A program made the position numbers and the translations under genes. A stretch of DNA of 64,000 bases from Octopus sinensis (lineage: Eukaryota). Below are positions 14,457 to 27,125 of this stretch, in pieces. The notes under the pieces were generated by a model that worked only from the letters and a program-made list of their open reading frames with translations, ran no database searches and was not told the origin of the DNA. The number at the start of each line of letters is the position of its first letter. Position 1 is the first letter of the stretch. The stretch spans positions 5,766,001 to 5,830,000 of the forward strand of contig NC_043023.1 of NCBI RefSeq assembly GCF_006345805.1, given 5' to 3'.

Positions 14457-15900
14457 AGAAAGGAGAGAGAGACGGGAGAGAAAGAGAGAGAAGAGGAGAG
14501 GGAGAGAAAAGAGAGAGAGAGACAGGGAGAGAAGAGAGAGAGACTGGAGGAGAAAGAGAGAGAGAACAGACTGGGAGAGAAAGAGAGAGAGAGAGACTGG
14601 GAGAGAAAGAGAGAGAGAGACAGGGAGAGAAAGAGAGAGAGACTGGGAGAGAAAGAGAGAGAGAGAGACTGGGAGAGAAAGAGAGAGAGACTGGGAGAGA
14701 AAGAGAGACAGACTGGGAGAGAAAGAGAGTGAGACAGGGAGAGAAAGAGAGAGAGAGACTGGGAGAGAAAGAGAGAGGGGAGGGGAAGAGAGAGACGGAG
14801 AGAGAGAAAGGGAGAGGGGGAGAGTGTGAGGGAGAAGGGGAGGGAGAGAGAGAAAGGGAGAGAGAGGGAGAGAGATGGAGGGAGGGAAGGAGAGAGAGAG
14901 ATGGCGAGAGAAAGAGCGGGTGATGGAGAGAGAGAAAGGGAGGGAGAGAGGGAGGGAAGGAGAGAGAGAGAGAGAGATGGTGAGAGAAAGAGCGGGTGAT
15001 GGAGAGAGAGAAAGGGAGGGAGAGAGGGAGGGAAGGAGAGAGAGAGAGAGAGATGGTGAGAGAAAGAGCGGGTGATGGAGAGAGAGAGAGAGAAGGCGGG
15101 AGGGAGAGAGAGAAGGGAGAGAGAAAGAGTAAATGAACGAAATGAAAGCAAGGGAGAGAGCAAAGAGAGATGGAGAAGCTGTTCTTAAAAGACATGGAGA
15201 GAGAAAGAGAGTTGAATGGAATCAGGAAGGAAGAGATGGTGATGTATGTATACTGAGTAACAATGGGGGTAGTAGGAAGAGATGTATTTGCCAGGGTGCT
15301 GTTGATGTCATTTGTTGATTGGCTGACAGAGTTGCCGGGCGGGAGTGGAAGGGTGAGGAAGGGAAAGGGTTAGCATTGATCTGCTGGTAGAGAGAAAGGG
15401 GGAGGGAGAGAGAGGGAGCGAGAAGGAGGGAGAGAGAGTCAGACAGACAGTGACAGAGGAAGAGAAAGAGATATAGAGAGAGGGAGATAAAGATAGGCAG
15501 AGAGAGAGAGAGGGGAGAGAGAAAGAGATATAGACAGAGGGAGATAAAGATAGGCAGAAAGAGAGGAGAGAGAGAGAGAGACATATACCGAGGGAGAGAG
15601 AGAGTGACAGAGAGAGATAAAGACAGGAAAAGAGAGAGAGATAAAGATGGACACAGAGAGAGGGGGAGTTAAAGACAGATAGAGAGGGAGAGATGGAGAG
15701 AGAGTAATAGAGACAGACAAAGTAGATAAAGATAAACACAGAGAGAGGGAGAGAGAGATGATGATAGACAGAGAGTGACAAAGAGAGAAATAATGATAAT
15801 TGAAGTTGGAGGAAGGGGAGTGAGTAAATGAAGAGAGTAGAAAAAGGCAAGTAAAGAGAGAGGCAGACAATGAAGAGGGAGGAATACGATAGAAAGATAT
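13980..15900 (+). repeat. Polypurine (GA)n tract with a higher-order GAGAGACTGGGAGAGAAA-like unit
   Basis: Nearly pure A/G on the + strand over most of about 1.9 kb. Confidence 0.95.
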
Positions 15901-17019
15901 AAAGTGAGAGAGTGTAAGATGACAGAAAACAGAATCAGCTGTGACATCTTAAGGCATGGCACACTGGGCAGAGACCCAGGGCACAGGGTTATCATAGGTC
16001 AGCTAAAACGGCCTTCATGTCAGGTCAATGCTGGAGGAACATTTAACTGCTATTTCTAGCAAGCCACCCGGCACTATTGGAGACCCCTTTTATGACTCTC
16101 AAACAGTTAACCAACTGACAGGGAAGCCTGTACTTGGTTATCTGACCAGCTAGAAACAACAGCTAAATCTTTCTCGAACACAGCCTGCATTCTTCTATTT
16201 TTTAAAAGAACATGTAGGTTAATGTAGTTCCGGATGCACTGTGGGTTGGTCACAATTGGAATGTCTTTCATCCTACGTCTACTTGACCAGGCTAAAACAA
16301 TAAGAACATTATTCCATCACTGTCATGTTGAGAATGCTTACAACTCTGGTAGCCATGCTATATCACATGATATTGTCACATGATGTATAATTGTCACATG
16401 GCATGATTTTTTTTTCATTTCCGCTTTAGGCACAAGGACTGAAATTTTGGGGGAGGTGGGGTGGCCAATCGATTAGATTGACCTCAGTATGCAACTGGTA
16501 CTTAATTTAACGACCCCCACAAAAGGATGAAAGGCAAAGTCAACTTTGGTGGAATTTGAACTCAGAATGTAAACACACATGAAATACTGCTAAGCATTTT
16601 GTCTGGTGTCTAACATTTCTTATTTCTTTATTGCCCACAAGGAGCTAAACGTAGAAGGGACAAACACAGACAGATAAAGGGATTAAGTCGATTACATCGA
16701 CCCCAGTGCGTAACTGGTGCTTAATTTATCGATTCTGAAAGGATGAAAGGCAAAGTTGACCTTGGCAGAATTTGATCTCAGAACGTAAAGACAGATGAAA
16801 TACCGCTAAGCATTTGGCTTTTGGATTTGGTTTGCAAGATTCTTTTCGGGTTTGCAAGATTTAGCATGTTCTGTTGTGTCTGAGGAGAGTTATTCACTTT
16901 TGGTGCCTTATAATTTAACACACTCACCGTTAAAATTTCCACTTATTTCTTATTTTTATTTTCCTAAAATTTTTGTTGTGTCTTGTAACCTTATCAATAA
17001 TCATTGACTCTGGGAAAGG

Positions 17020-17050
<31 letters not shown>

Positions 17051-17243
17051 GGTAGTGGTGATGATAATAGTGGTGGTGATAGTGATGGTGGTGATTATGA
17101 TGATGGTGGTGGTGTTGATGATGGTGATGATGGTGATAGTGAAGATGATGGTGGTGGTGATGGAGGTGGTTGTAATGATGATAGTGGTGGTAATAGTGAT
17201 GGTGATGGTAATGATGATGATGATGATGTTGATGTCAGCATCA

Positions 17244-18556
17244 TTCAAGGTCGGGCTGAAAAGTTTATAGGGTTGTTAGCTCTATGAGATTTTGCATGCA
17301 TTAATTTCAACCCTTCTTAATATCTGCATTGTTTCTTTCCAGGTAAACTGACATTTGACTGTTCAAAGGAGACTTCAAAAGTAACTGGTAGCAACTTCTC
17401 TTGAAAATGGACAAAATTTGGCATTGTGATACCAAGTACATGGAGAAAAAGGCTAAGTCCCAAAGGAAATTCAAGCTAAAATGGTTGCTAAGTTAGGGGA
17501 CCATGCACCAGGTTTATCAACAATGTAAAAGTAGGCAACTGAATTTAAGAAAGGAAGAGAGAGTCTCAGAGATGACCCAAGGTCTGGACGTCCTGCAACT
17601 GCCATCGCCAAGTAAAAAATTGATCATGTTCATAACAGGTGACTCTTTTACTCTTTTAGTTGTTTCAGTCATTTGACTGCGGCCATGCTGGAGCACCGCC
17701 TTTAGCCGAGCAAATCGACCCCGGGACTTATTCTTTGTAAGCCTAGAACTTATTCTATCGGTCTCTTTTGCCGAACCACTAAGTTACAGGACATAAACAC
17801 ACCAGCATCAGTTGTCAAGCGATGTTGGTGGAGACAAACACAGACACCAAACACAACTCATATATATAATATATATATAATATATATATAATATACGTAT
17901 ATACGACAGGCTTCTTTCAGTTTCTGTCTACCAAATCCACTCACAAGGCTTTGGTTGGCCTGAGGCTATAGTAGAAGACACTTGCCCAAGGTGCCACACA
18001 GTGAGACTGAACCCGGAACTATGCGGTTGGCAAGCAAGCTACTTACCACACAGCCACTCCTGCACCTATTATAAATCAAATAGCCAATAGCATTTACCAT
18101 GAGAGAGTTGAGAATATTCAGTACAATGAACTTGGCGCAACAAAGATTTCTGCTTGGTGGGTGCCATGTCTTGACCAAAAACATACCTGGCCCATCACAA
18201 GAAAACCTGACATTTCAGGTAGATCCAGCTGGTTTCCTTCAATGTTTCTTAAGCCAGGACAAGTGCTGGGTTCATCACTTTGAACCAGAGACTAAGAGAT
18301 AATCCATGCTGGGGAGACACCCCTTTATCACCTGTTCTAAAAGAAGTCTAAGTTTGTTTCATTGGCAAGGAAGATGATGGCCTCAATATTTTGGGATGCA
18401 AAAGGCATTGTGTTTATTTAAAAGGGCCACACCATCAATTGAGAGTTTTATGCCAATTTGCTGAGGCAGCTACATAAGTCTATCGAGACCAAATTCCCAG
18501 AAAAAAATAACAAAAGAGGTCTTGTTTCATCAGGACAATGCTCCAGCACACAAAAA
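17244..18556 (+). mobile_element. mariner-family transposon remnant interrupted by a SINE
   Basis: TIR-like start gggctgaaaagtttatagg; frameshifted reading MDKIWH...GRESLRDDPRSGRP...WWVP...DKCWVHHFEPETKR...KMMASIFWDAKG...LFHQDNAPAH; a SINE sits at 17641-18066. Confidence 0.9.
17641..18066 (-). mobile_element. SINE family A, nested in the mariner remnant
   Basis: Reverse complement of the family A consensus; it splits the transposase reading. Confidence 0.9.
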
Positions 18557-19005
18557 TCTTTGGTTTCTTATTTCTATACTACCCACAAGGGGCTAAACAA
18601 GGACAGACAAAGGGATCAAGTCGATTGCATCGACACCAGTGCATAACTGGTACTTAATTTATCGACCTCAAAAGAATGAAAGGCAAAGTTGACATCAGCG
18701 GGATTTGAACTCAGAACGTAACGGCAGACGAAATACCACTAAGCATTTTGCCTGTCACGCTACTGTTTCTGCCAGCTTGCTGCCTTATCTTTGGTTTCAA
18801 TGGCTGTTGTGAGCAATAGCATAACGAGGGGGTGGGCACTGTCCCAGGTGCCAATTGAAGGTGGGGGCTCATCAAAAGCAAGAAAGATAAGACTTTAAAC
18901 AATTGTATGTTTTTTTTAAACATCTCATTTCACACATTAGGTTATCTAATGTTTCAGTCGAGGAAGCTGGTGCATTAAATGGTTAAAATATCATTTCAGA
19001 AAAGG

Positions 19006-19410
19006 CGCAAGAGAGGCCGTGTGGTATGTAGCTTGTTTACCAACCACATGGTTCTGGGTTCAGTCCCACTGCGTGGTATCTTGGGCAAGTGTTCACTACT
19101 ATAGCCTCAGGCCGACCAAAGCCTTGTGAGTGGATTTGGTAGACGGAAACTGAAAGAAGCCCGTTGTATATGTATATATATATATATGTATGTGTGTGTA
19201 TATGTTTGTGTGTCTGTGTTTGTCCCCCCAACATCGCTTGACAACTGATGCTGGTGTGTTTATGTCCCTGTAACTTAGCGGTTCGGCAAAAGAGACTGTT
19301 AGAATAAGTACTAGGCTTACAAATAATAAGTCCTGGGGTCAATTTGCTTGACTAAAGGCTGTGCTCCAGCATGGCCGCAGTCAAATCACTGAAACAAGTA
19401 AAAGAGTAAA
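19006..19410 (+). mobile_element. SINE family A
   Basis: Matches the other copies from head to tail. Confidence 0.9.
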
Positions 19411-19949
19411 AAGAGAGAGAGAGTCCATCTTATATCAAATCCTTCGAAATCACTATCTGATTTGATGGGATTTTGACTGTTATTTCTAGCAGCAACGATT
19501 TCAAAACCCAGTGAATAGGAATGTGTCAGGCGAGGACTGAGCTGTCAGTCAATCAGGCACTGCCGGAGGTCCTGGAGCTCTGAGGAGCCCACACTCTACA
19601 TGTTAACTCTACACATTCAAAGGGTCCCGGTTAACTGTTATGCCCGAGGGTCCCCAATGCTCTCAGTCCACCCCTGGGTGGTGGTGTGATTGAAGGTCGA
19701 TTTTTTTTAGCTTCTATCTCTAGCAAGGCACGTGATCACGTCAAGACTCCCCTCATCAATCATTGCAGTGCATCACTTATTGCTGCTGCTCTGTAATGCA
19801 CCGGAGTGCAGTCAAGCGACTGGCTTTGGTTGCAGTGCTACTAGTATCACCTTCCTCTCAGTGGGTGTGTGGGCGGGAGTGCAGGGTGGGAGGGGGTGGG
19901 GGTGCGGCGAGGTTGGGAGCAGGGGAGCAACTGTTGCACTGGTACCATG

Positions 19950-20167
19950 CCTCCCACTACTACTACTACTACTACAACTACTACTACTACGACTACTGCT
20001 GCTGCTGATGATGATGATGCGTCACTGCTGCTGCTGCTACTACTACTACTGACTACTACTACCATACCACCACCAACACTGCTACACCACTACACCACTC
20101 TATACTAACTACTACTATACTACTACTACTACACCACCACCACTGTACTACACCACCACCACTACTA

Positions 20168-20198
<31 letters not shown>

Positions 20199-20631
20199 AA
20201 CCACACTACTACTACTACCACACTACTACTACTACCACCACCACCACCAATACTACTACCACCACCACCACCACTATACTACCACCACTACTACTACACC
20301 ACCACCACCACCACCACTACTACTACCACCACCACCACCACTACTACTACTACAACTGCTGTTGTTGTTATGCAACAAGACCCGTAAGGGTGATTAGGTG
20401 ATGGTCTAGGGCTTAGGGGTGGGAGACCCCAGACCTTTGGAAAAAAAAACTTAGTCGTCTTGTAGTCGAGGGCTCTTCGTTGACGCCCGACACCACTGGG
20501 AGGTTGGCCCTCGAAATCACTGGAAATGGAGATCTCCAGGTCCAAATTCTTGAACGGCTGCCGCTACTGTTGCTGCTGCTGATGATGATGATGATGATGT
20601 TGCTGCTGTTACAGCTGCTGCCACTACTACT

Positions 20632-20683
<52 letters not shown>

Positions 20684-20739
20684 TAACTACTACTACTACT
20701 ACTACCACCACTACTACTACTACTACTACCACCACCACC

Positions 20740-20782
<43 letters not shown>

Positions 20783-20844
20783 TAACTACTACATTACTAC
20801 TACTATAACTACTACTTACACTACTACATACTATACTACTACTA

Positions 20845-20876
<32 letters not shown>

Positions 20877-20901
20877 TTACTACTACTATAACTACTACTT
20901 A

Positions 20902-20934
<33 letters not shown>

Positions 20935-21151
20935 AAATACTAACTACTACTACTACTTACTACCTACCCTACTACACCATATACTACTACTATACTACGA
21001 CTACTAGAACTACTCTACTACTAACACGAAAACTATAACTATAACTACTACTAACTACCATACTACTACTAATACTACACCACCACACTATACCACCACC
21101 ACTACTATCTACTACTACTACTACTATTACTACTACTATAACTACTACTTA

Positions 21152-21208
<57 letters not shown>

Positions 21209-21500
21209 CAACTGTTGCAGTCATATAATCAGCTACCTACTAACAATCACTGTCACTACTCACCACCACCACCACCACGACTACTACTGCTACTACTATT
21301 ATAACCAACTGTTGCAGCTTCCTACTACAATCACCACTACCACCACCACCACCACCACCACCACCACCACCACTACCCCTACTGTTACTACTACTGCTGC
21401 TGTTGCAGTTGCTGCTGTCACCGATGTTGGTCAGTGCTGGAGTGCCTTTGATCACAGCTGACCAGGGGCTATACTACTACTACTACTACTACTACTACTA
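19950..21500 (+). repeat. (CTA)n/(CCA)n trinucleotide tracts; a (TAG)n/(TGG)n tract lies at 4810-5680 and a CA-rich triplet tract at 3530-4030
   Basis: Direct reading. Confidence 0.95.
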
Positions 21501-21529
21501 GCATTGCACTCAATTCCTGTCTTCGCCAT

Positions 21530-22200
21530 TCTTACATGTCTTTCATTTCTCTCTCTCCCTCCCCTTCTTCTTCTTCTTCTCCTCCTTCCCCTCTCTCATA
21601 TGTCTTCTTTCAGCCACCAATATCCTTCATTTCTTCTTTCTTTTATTTTTTCTTTTCTTATTCCTCTTTCTATCCCTCCCTTCCTCTTCTTCATCATTGT
21701 TGTCCATCATCACTGGCATCCCACCTCCATCTTCTACACCACATCCTCCAACTCTCCTCCCTTTCCCCCCCCCCGTTTTCCCTTCCTTTTTCCTTCTCCC
21801 CTTCCCCCTGTCTTCTCCTTCCTTCCTTCTCTCTTTTTTCTCCATCTTCCTTACCTTCTTACCCTTCTTCCTTCCTTTCTCCCCTCCTCCCCAACTCCCT
21901 TTTCTCCCTCTTTCTCACCTTCTTCCCTCTACTTCCTTCCTCCTTCTTTTTCTCTGCCTCTTCCCCTTCTTCTTCTTCTTCTTCTTCTTCTTCTTCCCCT
22001 TCCTCTTCTTCCCCTTCCTCTTCTTCTTCTCCTTCTTCTTCTTCCAATTCTTCTTCTTCCCCTTCTTCTTCTTCTTCCCCTTCTCCCCGTCCTCCTCCTC
22101 CTCCTCCTCCTCCTCCTCCTCCTCCCCCTTCTCTTCTCTTCCTCATCTCTCACTTCTTCATTTACTCCACAATAATCGCATAACCCTCACCATTTCCTCT
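21530..22200 (+). repeat. Polypyrimidine tract with (CTT)n/(CCT)n; a (GAA)n tract lies at 27135-27405
   Basis: Direct reading. Confidence 0.95.
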
Positions 22201-22930
22201 CCCTTCCATCAGGACCCTTCTCAAAAGCATTATCTCCTCTCCGCCAACACTACCTCCTCAGACAAAGCCTTACAGTGGGACCCTGTGGTAGTTACTAATT
22301 TCCAACAAACCACAGCAGACACAGATTAGCATGGAGTCACCACATGTGCAAAGGATCTCCAGTCGACTGCCAAGAGAGACCACGACTTGAAATGCCACTG
22401 GAAAATGAAAGAAGCCATTTATCTTATCTTAAAGACATTCCAACTGTGACTGGCCATGAGAGAGACATTGTGTATCTGGGACTACATCACTTACCTCTGC
22501 CTTAGCAAAGGCAGAGGTATTGTTTTTAGTTGTGTTTATTTGTTTGTCCGTGGACAAGATATCTCAAGAACAGCTGGATGGATTCAGGGATGTTTGGCCT
22601 CATGACAGGCACAAACTGATTGGATTTTGGGATCGATCCAGTACCAGACAAAGGTTCTGGATTATTTGTTACTTTCACTTTACTTTAAATGGTTACAATC
22701 TTAAGTTAACTTTCAAGTCTTTCTCAATTATCTCCCTTTAGGCTGTAATTATTTTGAACGGTGAATTTGTTAACTTTGGCTTGTATTAGATAAAGATAAG
22801 CTATTTTTTACTGTTACTAAATTCTCTACAGCCACCTTCACATTCCGTGACTACCATTAGGATCAATCAGGTACCAAACAAGGATTCCGGATTATTTTTT
22901 CCAGTTTTGTGACTTAATTTTTGAGAGCTG

Positions 22931-23335
22931 TCTATATATATAAACGGCAGTTTGTCTGTCTGTGTTTCTGTGTGTCTGTTAGGTTGTACCCTCACCCTGA
23001 CCACAGCTTTCAACCAATTCTGATGAAACTTGGCACACACATAGCCCAATGTCATAATTCAAAACTAACGCAGCGAAAATTTTGAAAAGTTCCTCCCAGT
23101 TCTGAAAAATCGATAAATTCGACATGGGGTCGAGCATCTAAGCTTTTTATATGCAACACATTTTCTATCGGGAGACAGCTAGGAACATCGTATACACAGA
23201 AGTATTCGAGTGAAGAGAAGACATTGCAACCTACACATGCGCCTTCATTCCCTAGAGGGAAAGAACTAGATTGGGATTAGTCGTTGCCTACTAGGGACTC
23301 TTACATACCCAGGCAACGCCAGGCTATGCTGCTAG
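22931..23335 (+). mobile_element. Non-autonomous Helitron-like element
   Basis: Starts TCTATATATATAAA; the 3' end has a GC-rich hairpin-like ccaggcaacgccagg followed by CTAG then T. Confidence 0.7.
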
Positions 23336-23711
23336 TTTTTAATATTCTCGTTTGTGAGAGCAGTCAAGTTTATTTCAGATAATCGCATTTTAAAAATTAT
23401 CTCTGGCTAATCGTTGAGAGGACGTTGGTGTTGCCATGGCAGAGGTTTGCGCTCTCCGAGTGCTCTTGTCTAATATGGTTTCACTCTTTTACTTGTTTCA
23501 GTCATGCGACTGTGGCCATGCTGGAGCATCACCTTAAATGGCTTTAGTCGAACAAATCAATCCCAGGACTTATTCTTTGTAAGCCTAGTACTTATTCTGT
23601 TGGTCTCTTCTGCTGAACTGTTAAGTTATGGGGATGTAAACACACCAGCAATGGTGGGAGAGGACAAACAGAAACAAACACACAAACGTATACACATATA
23701 TATATATATGT

Positions 23712-23899
23712 CCCTGGACATGCTCGGAATGGTAAGTGGCAAGAGAGGAAGAGGCCGACCAAGAACCCGCTGGATTGACACCATCAGGAGTGATACCGGA
23801 ATGGACATGGCCAATCTGAGGGAAGTGGCCCAGGATAGAACTGACTGGAGGACACTGATCCAACGAGTGACCGAGAGTCGACTTCGACTGAGCGGATAG
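23712..23899 (+). mobile_element. RTE (BovB-like) LINE 3' end
   Basis: Reads MLGMVSGKRGRGRPRTRWIDTIRSDTGMDMANLREVAQDRTDWRTLIQRVTESRLRLSG*. Confidence 0.85.
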
Positions 23900-23919
23900 A
23901 GAGAGATATATTATATATA

Positions 23920-25334
23920 TCTGTAATGTAATATGTGACAATTATTCGGCTGCCATAATAAGACTCTCAGTTTCAGATGTCAGGGCGGAAAACTGCTCCG
24001 GCATCTCGTCAGTTATCGAGGCAGTCAAAAAATGCTATGGAAATGACCATTAAACAATGGGAAATTACTATGTAATTGACCGTTATTAAGAGAAAAGAGC
24101 TATTCAAATGACCGTTAAATAAGGGGAGAAAGTAAAAAATTTAGGAAGTAAAAATGCTCATAGAAATCGCATAAGGGTGCATGTACATACATGCACATGC
24201 ACGGATGCACACCCACATACATGTGCCTATATCCATTTGCTCACTCACACTCACGTAAAACACATGCACTCACACCCATGCATGTGCCTGTATATGCACA
24301 TATATATGCAACCATGCATATACACGTATACATATTCGCACACACACATGCACACACACACGTGCACATACCCATATGCACACAATTATATTCAAATACA
24401 CGTCTAAAATATGCACATGCTATATATGCACATGCTATATATGCACATGCTATATACGCACATGCTATATATGCACATGCTATATACGCACATGCTATAT
24501 ATGCACATGCTATATACGCACATGCTATATATGCACATGCTATATATGCACATGCTATATATGCACATGCTATATACGCACATGCTATATATGCACATGC
24601 TATATATGCACATGCTATATGTGCACATGCTATATATGCACATGCTATATACGCACATGCTATATATGCACATGCTATATATGCACATGCTATATATGCA
24701 CATGCTATATATGCACATGCTATATACGCACATGCTATATACGCACATGCTATATATGCACATGCTATATATGCACATGCTATATATGCACATGCTATAT
24801 ATGCACATGCTATATATGCACATGCTATATATGCACATGCTATATATGCACATGCTATATATGCACATGCTATATATGCACATACTCACTCACACTCATG
24901 TTAAACACATGCATGTATATCCACATATATATGTACATGTGTATAGATGTATATATATGTGGGTGTATATACATGTGTTTCATGCGAGTGTGAGTGAGCA
25001 AATGCATATAGGCACATGTACATAAGTGTGCATGTGTGCATGTGTATATATGTACATGCACCCTTATGCAATTTCTATGAGCATTTTTACTTCCTTACTT
25101 TTTTACTTTCTCCCCTTCGGGTTTTTTCCCCTTATTTAACGGTCATTTGAATAGCTCTTTTGTCTTAATAACGGTCAATTACATAGTAATTTCTCATTGT
25201 TTAATGGTAATTTCCATAGCATTTTTTGACTGCCTCAATAACTGACGAGATGCCGGTGCAGTTTTCCGCCCTGACATCTGAAACTCAGAATCTTATTATG
25301 GCAACCGAATAATTGTCACATATTATATTACAGA
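23920..25334. mobile_element. Foldback/MITE-like element with about 350-bp TIRs, TA flanks and an internal 15-bp satellite
   Basis: 23920-24270 is the reverse complement of about 24968-25334 (TCTGTAATGTAATATGTGACA...TGTCACATATTATATTACAGA), with TA on both sides. Confidence 0.85.
24410..24884. repeat. 15-bp minisatellite (ATGCACATGCTATAT), about 31 copies
   Basis: Direct reading of the array; variants are mostly ATG to ACG. Confidence 0.95.
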
Positions 25335-25386
25335 TAAATTCCTCTATTTATATATCGAGGTCTCATTCATTCCTTTGTTATCTTAA

Positions 25387-25505
25387 AATTACTATTAATC
25401 ATGTTGAAAGCACCCGTTCTCGTCTGATCACCGAAGTTAAGCAACGTCGAGCCTAGTCAGTACTTATATGGGTGACCGCTTGGGAAACCTAGGCGCAGTA
25501 AGCAT
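25387..25505 (+). pseudogene. 5S rRNA pseudogene
   Basis: gttgaaagcacccgttctcgtctgatcaccgaagttaagcaacgtcgagcctagtcagtacttatatgggtgaccgcttgggaaacc matches the invertebrate 5S pattern. The 5' end and the box C region are mutated, and it is a single isolated copy. Confidence 0.88.
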
Positions 25506-26339
25506 AGCACATTGTTAATGGCGGTGCCCCAGCATGGCCACAGCTCATTAGCTGAAACTGGAAAAATCAAAATCAAAAAATCAAATCATATATATATATA
25601 TATCGTGGCCCCATTTGATCGTGGCCGTTGCCAGCCTCGCTTGGCCTCCATGCCGGTGGCACATAAAAAGCACCATCTGATCGTGGCCGTTTGCCAGCCT
25701 CGTCTGGCACCTGTGCCAGTGGCACATAAAAAGCACCCACTACACTCACGGAGTGGTTGGCATTAGTAAGGGCATCCAGCTGTAGAAACACTGCCAGATC
25801 AGACTGGGCCTGGTGCAGCCTTCTGGCTTCCTAGACCCCAGTTGAACCGTCCAACCCATGCTAGCATGGAAAGCGGACGTTAAACGATGATGATGATAAT
25901 GATGATATATATATATATATATACATGTGTATATATTTATAGGCGTAGGCTTGGTTGTGTGGTAAGAAGCTTGCTTCATGGTCCCAGGTTCAGTCCCACT
26001 GCATGGCACTTTGGGCAAATATCTGCTACAATAGCCTTGAGCCAACCAAAGCCTTCTGAGTGGATTTGGTAGACAGAAACTGGAAGAAGCCTGTCATATA
26101 TATATATATATATATATATCTGTGTGTATGTGTATTGTGTTTTCCTCCTGCCATTACTTGACAACTGATGCTGCTGTGTTTATGTCTGTAACTTAGCGGT
26201 TTGACAAAAAAGATGGATAGAATAAGTACTAGGCTTACAAAGAATAAGACCTGGGATCAATTTCTTCGACTAACACCTTTTAAGGTAGTGCTTCAGCATG
26301 GCTGCAGTCAAGAATATATATATGCATATATATATATCC

Positions 26340-26570
26340 AGATACTGCAACAGCTTGGGTTTCAGAGGACCACAGCTTTTCAACATCCTCCCTAAATGCC
26401 TGAGAGACTTGCATGGTGTGGATGTGGGTTTCTTTAAAACTAAATTGGATCTCTTCTTGTTGGGAGTCCCAGATGAACCTACCTCACGACAGGAGACACA
26501 GATGCAGGCAGCAGCATCAAACTTCCTTGTTGACCAAGTGCCACGTATCAGAGGTGGATTCACATATTAG
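26340..26570 (+). mobile_element. CR1/L2-type LINE 3' coding remnant
   Basis: Reads NSLGFRGPQLFNILPKCLRDLHGVDVGFFKTKLDLFLLGVPDEP (the FK..LD.FL C-terminal motif). Confidence 0.75.
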
Positions 26571-26691
26571 TGTAGCTCATTCAACAGTGGTGCCCCAGCA
26601 TGGCCGTGGCCTTCGGGCTAAAACATTTTTAAGGATTTAAGGATATATATATATATATAAATATATATACATATATGCACATATATATATA

Positions 26692-27125
26692 TACTGTGCG
26701 ATGGGTAAATTGTTGCCATTTTATATTCTTAATTTCGCACATGCACATTGATTGCTATTGATTTTATCGACTACACAGTATAGTAGGGTCAGTTGGGCAC
26801 CGTCTGGGAGAAAAACAGCACCATGACACAATTTACTCTGCCAGGAATTTGGAAACAGCATGTTGTACTGCTTGGCATTCATGCTGGAATCTCCAATACG
26901 AGCATCTCAGAGTATTTGGTTGTTAATCTGAGGACATTGCATGTACCGAGAATGGAGTGATGGCAATGTTATGCCTCCATCCATCTTCCCACTCAGTCTC
27001 AGACTCAGCACAGAGGCCTACATCAAGTGCTGCTCTGGGTCAAGTGGGTGGCTGCTGGAAGACCCTATGTCAGGCAACAGAACCCTGCTCCATGCAACAC
27101 AAGCAGGAGAACCCAGTCATGACTT
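26692..27125 (+). mobile_element. maT/DD37D-like Tc1-mariner transposase remnant with internal deletions
   Basis: Fragments SDGNVMPPSIFPLSLRLSTEAYIKC and AAGRPYVRQQNPAPCNTSRRTQ, which resemble the WQQDSAPCH second-Asp motif. Confidence 0.7.

Noticed and set aside
13883-15870. Long Leu/Ser and Arg/Glu ORFs (up to 426 aa)
   Set aside because: These are translations of (GA)n/(TC)n tracts, which lack stop codons by composition.
20380-20560. Possible minus-strand exon (QPFKNLDLEISISSDFEGQPPSGVGRQRRALDYKTTK)
   Set aside because: It has no recognisable domain, weak splice signals and no partner exons. Kept only as a unique island.
24191-25025. YAHAI, CTCYI and HMLYM repeat ORFs
   Set aside because: All come from the 15-bp satellite, which is stop-free in several frames.
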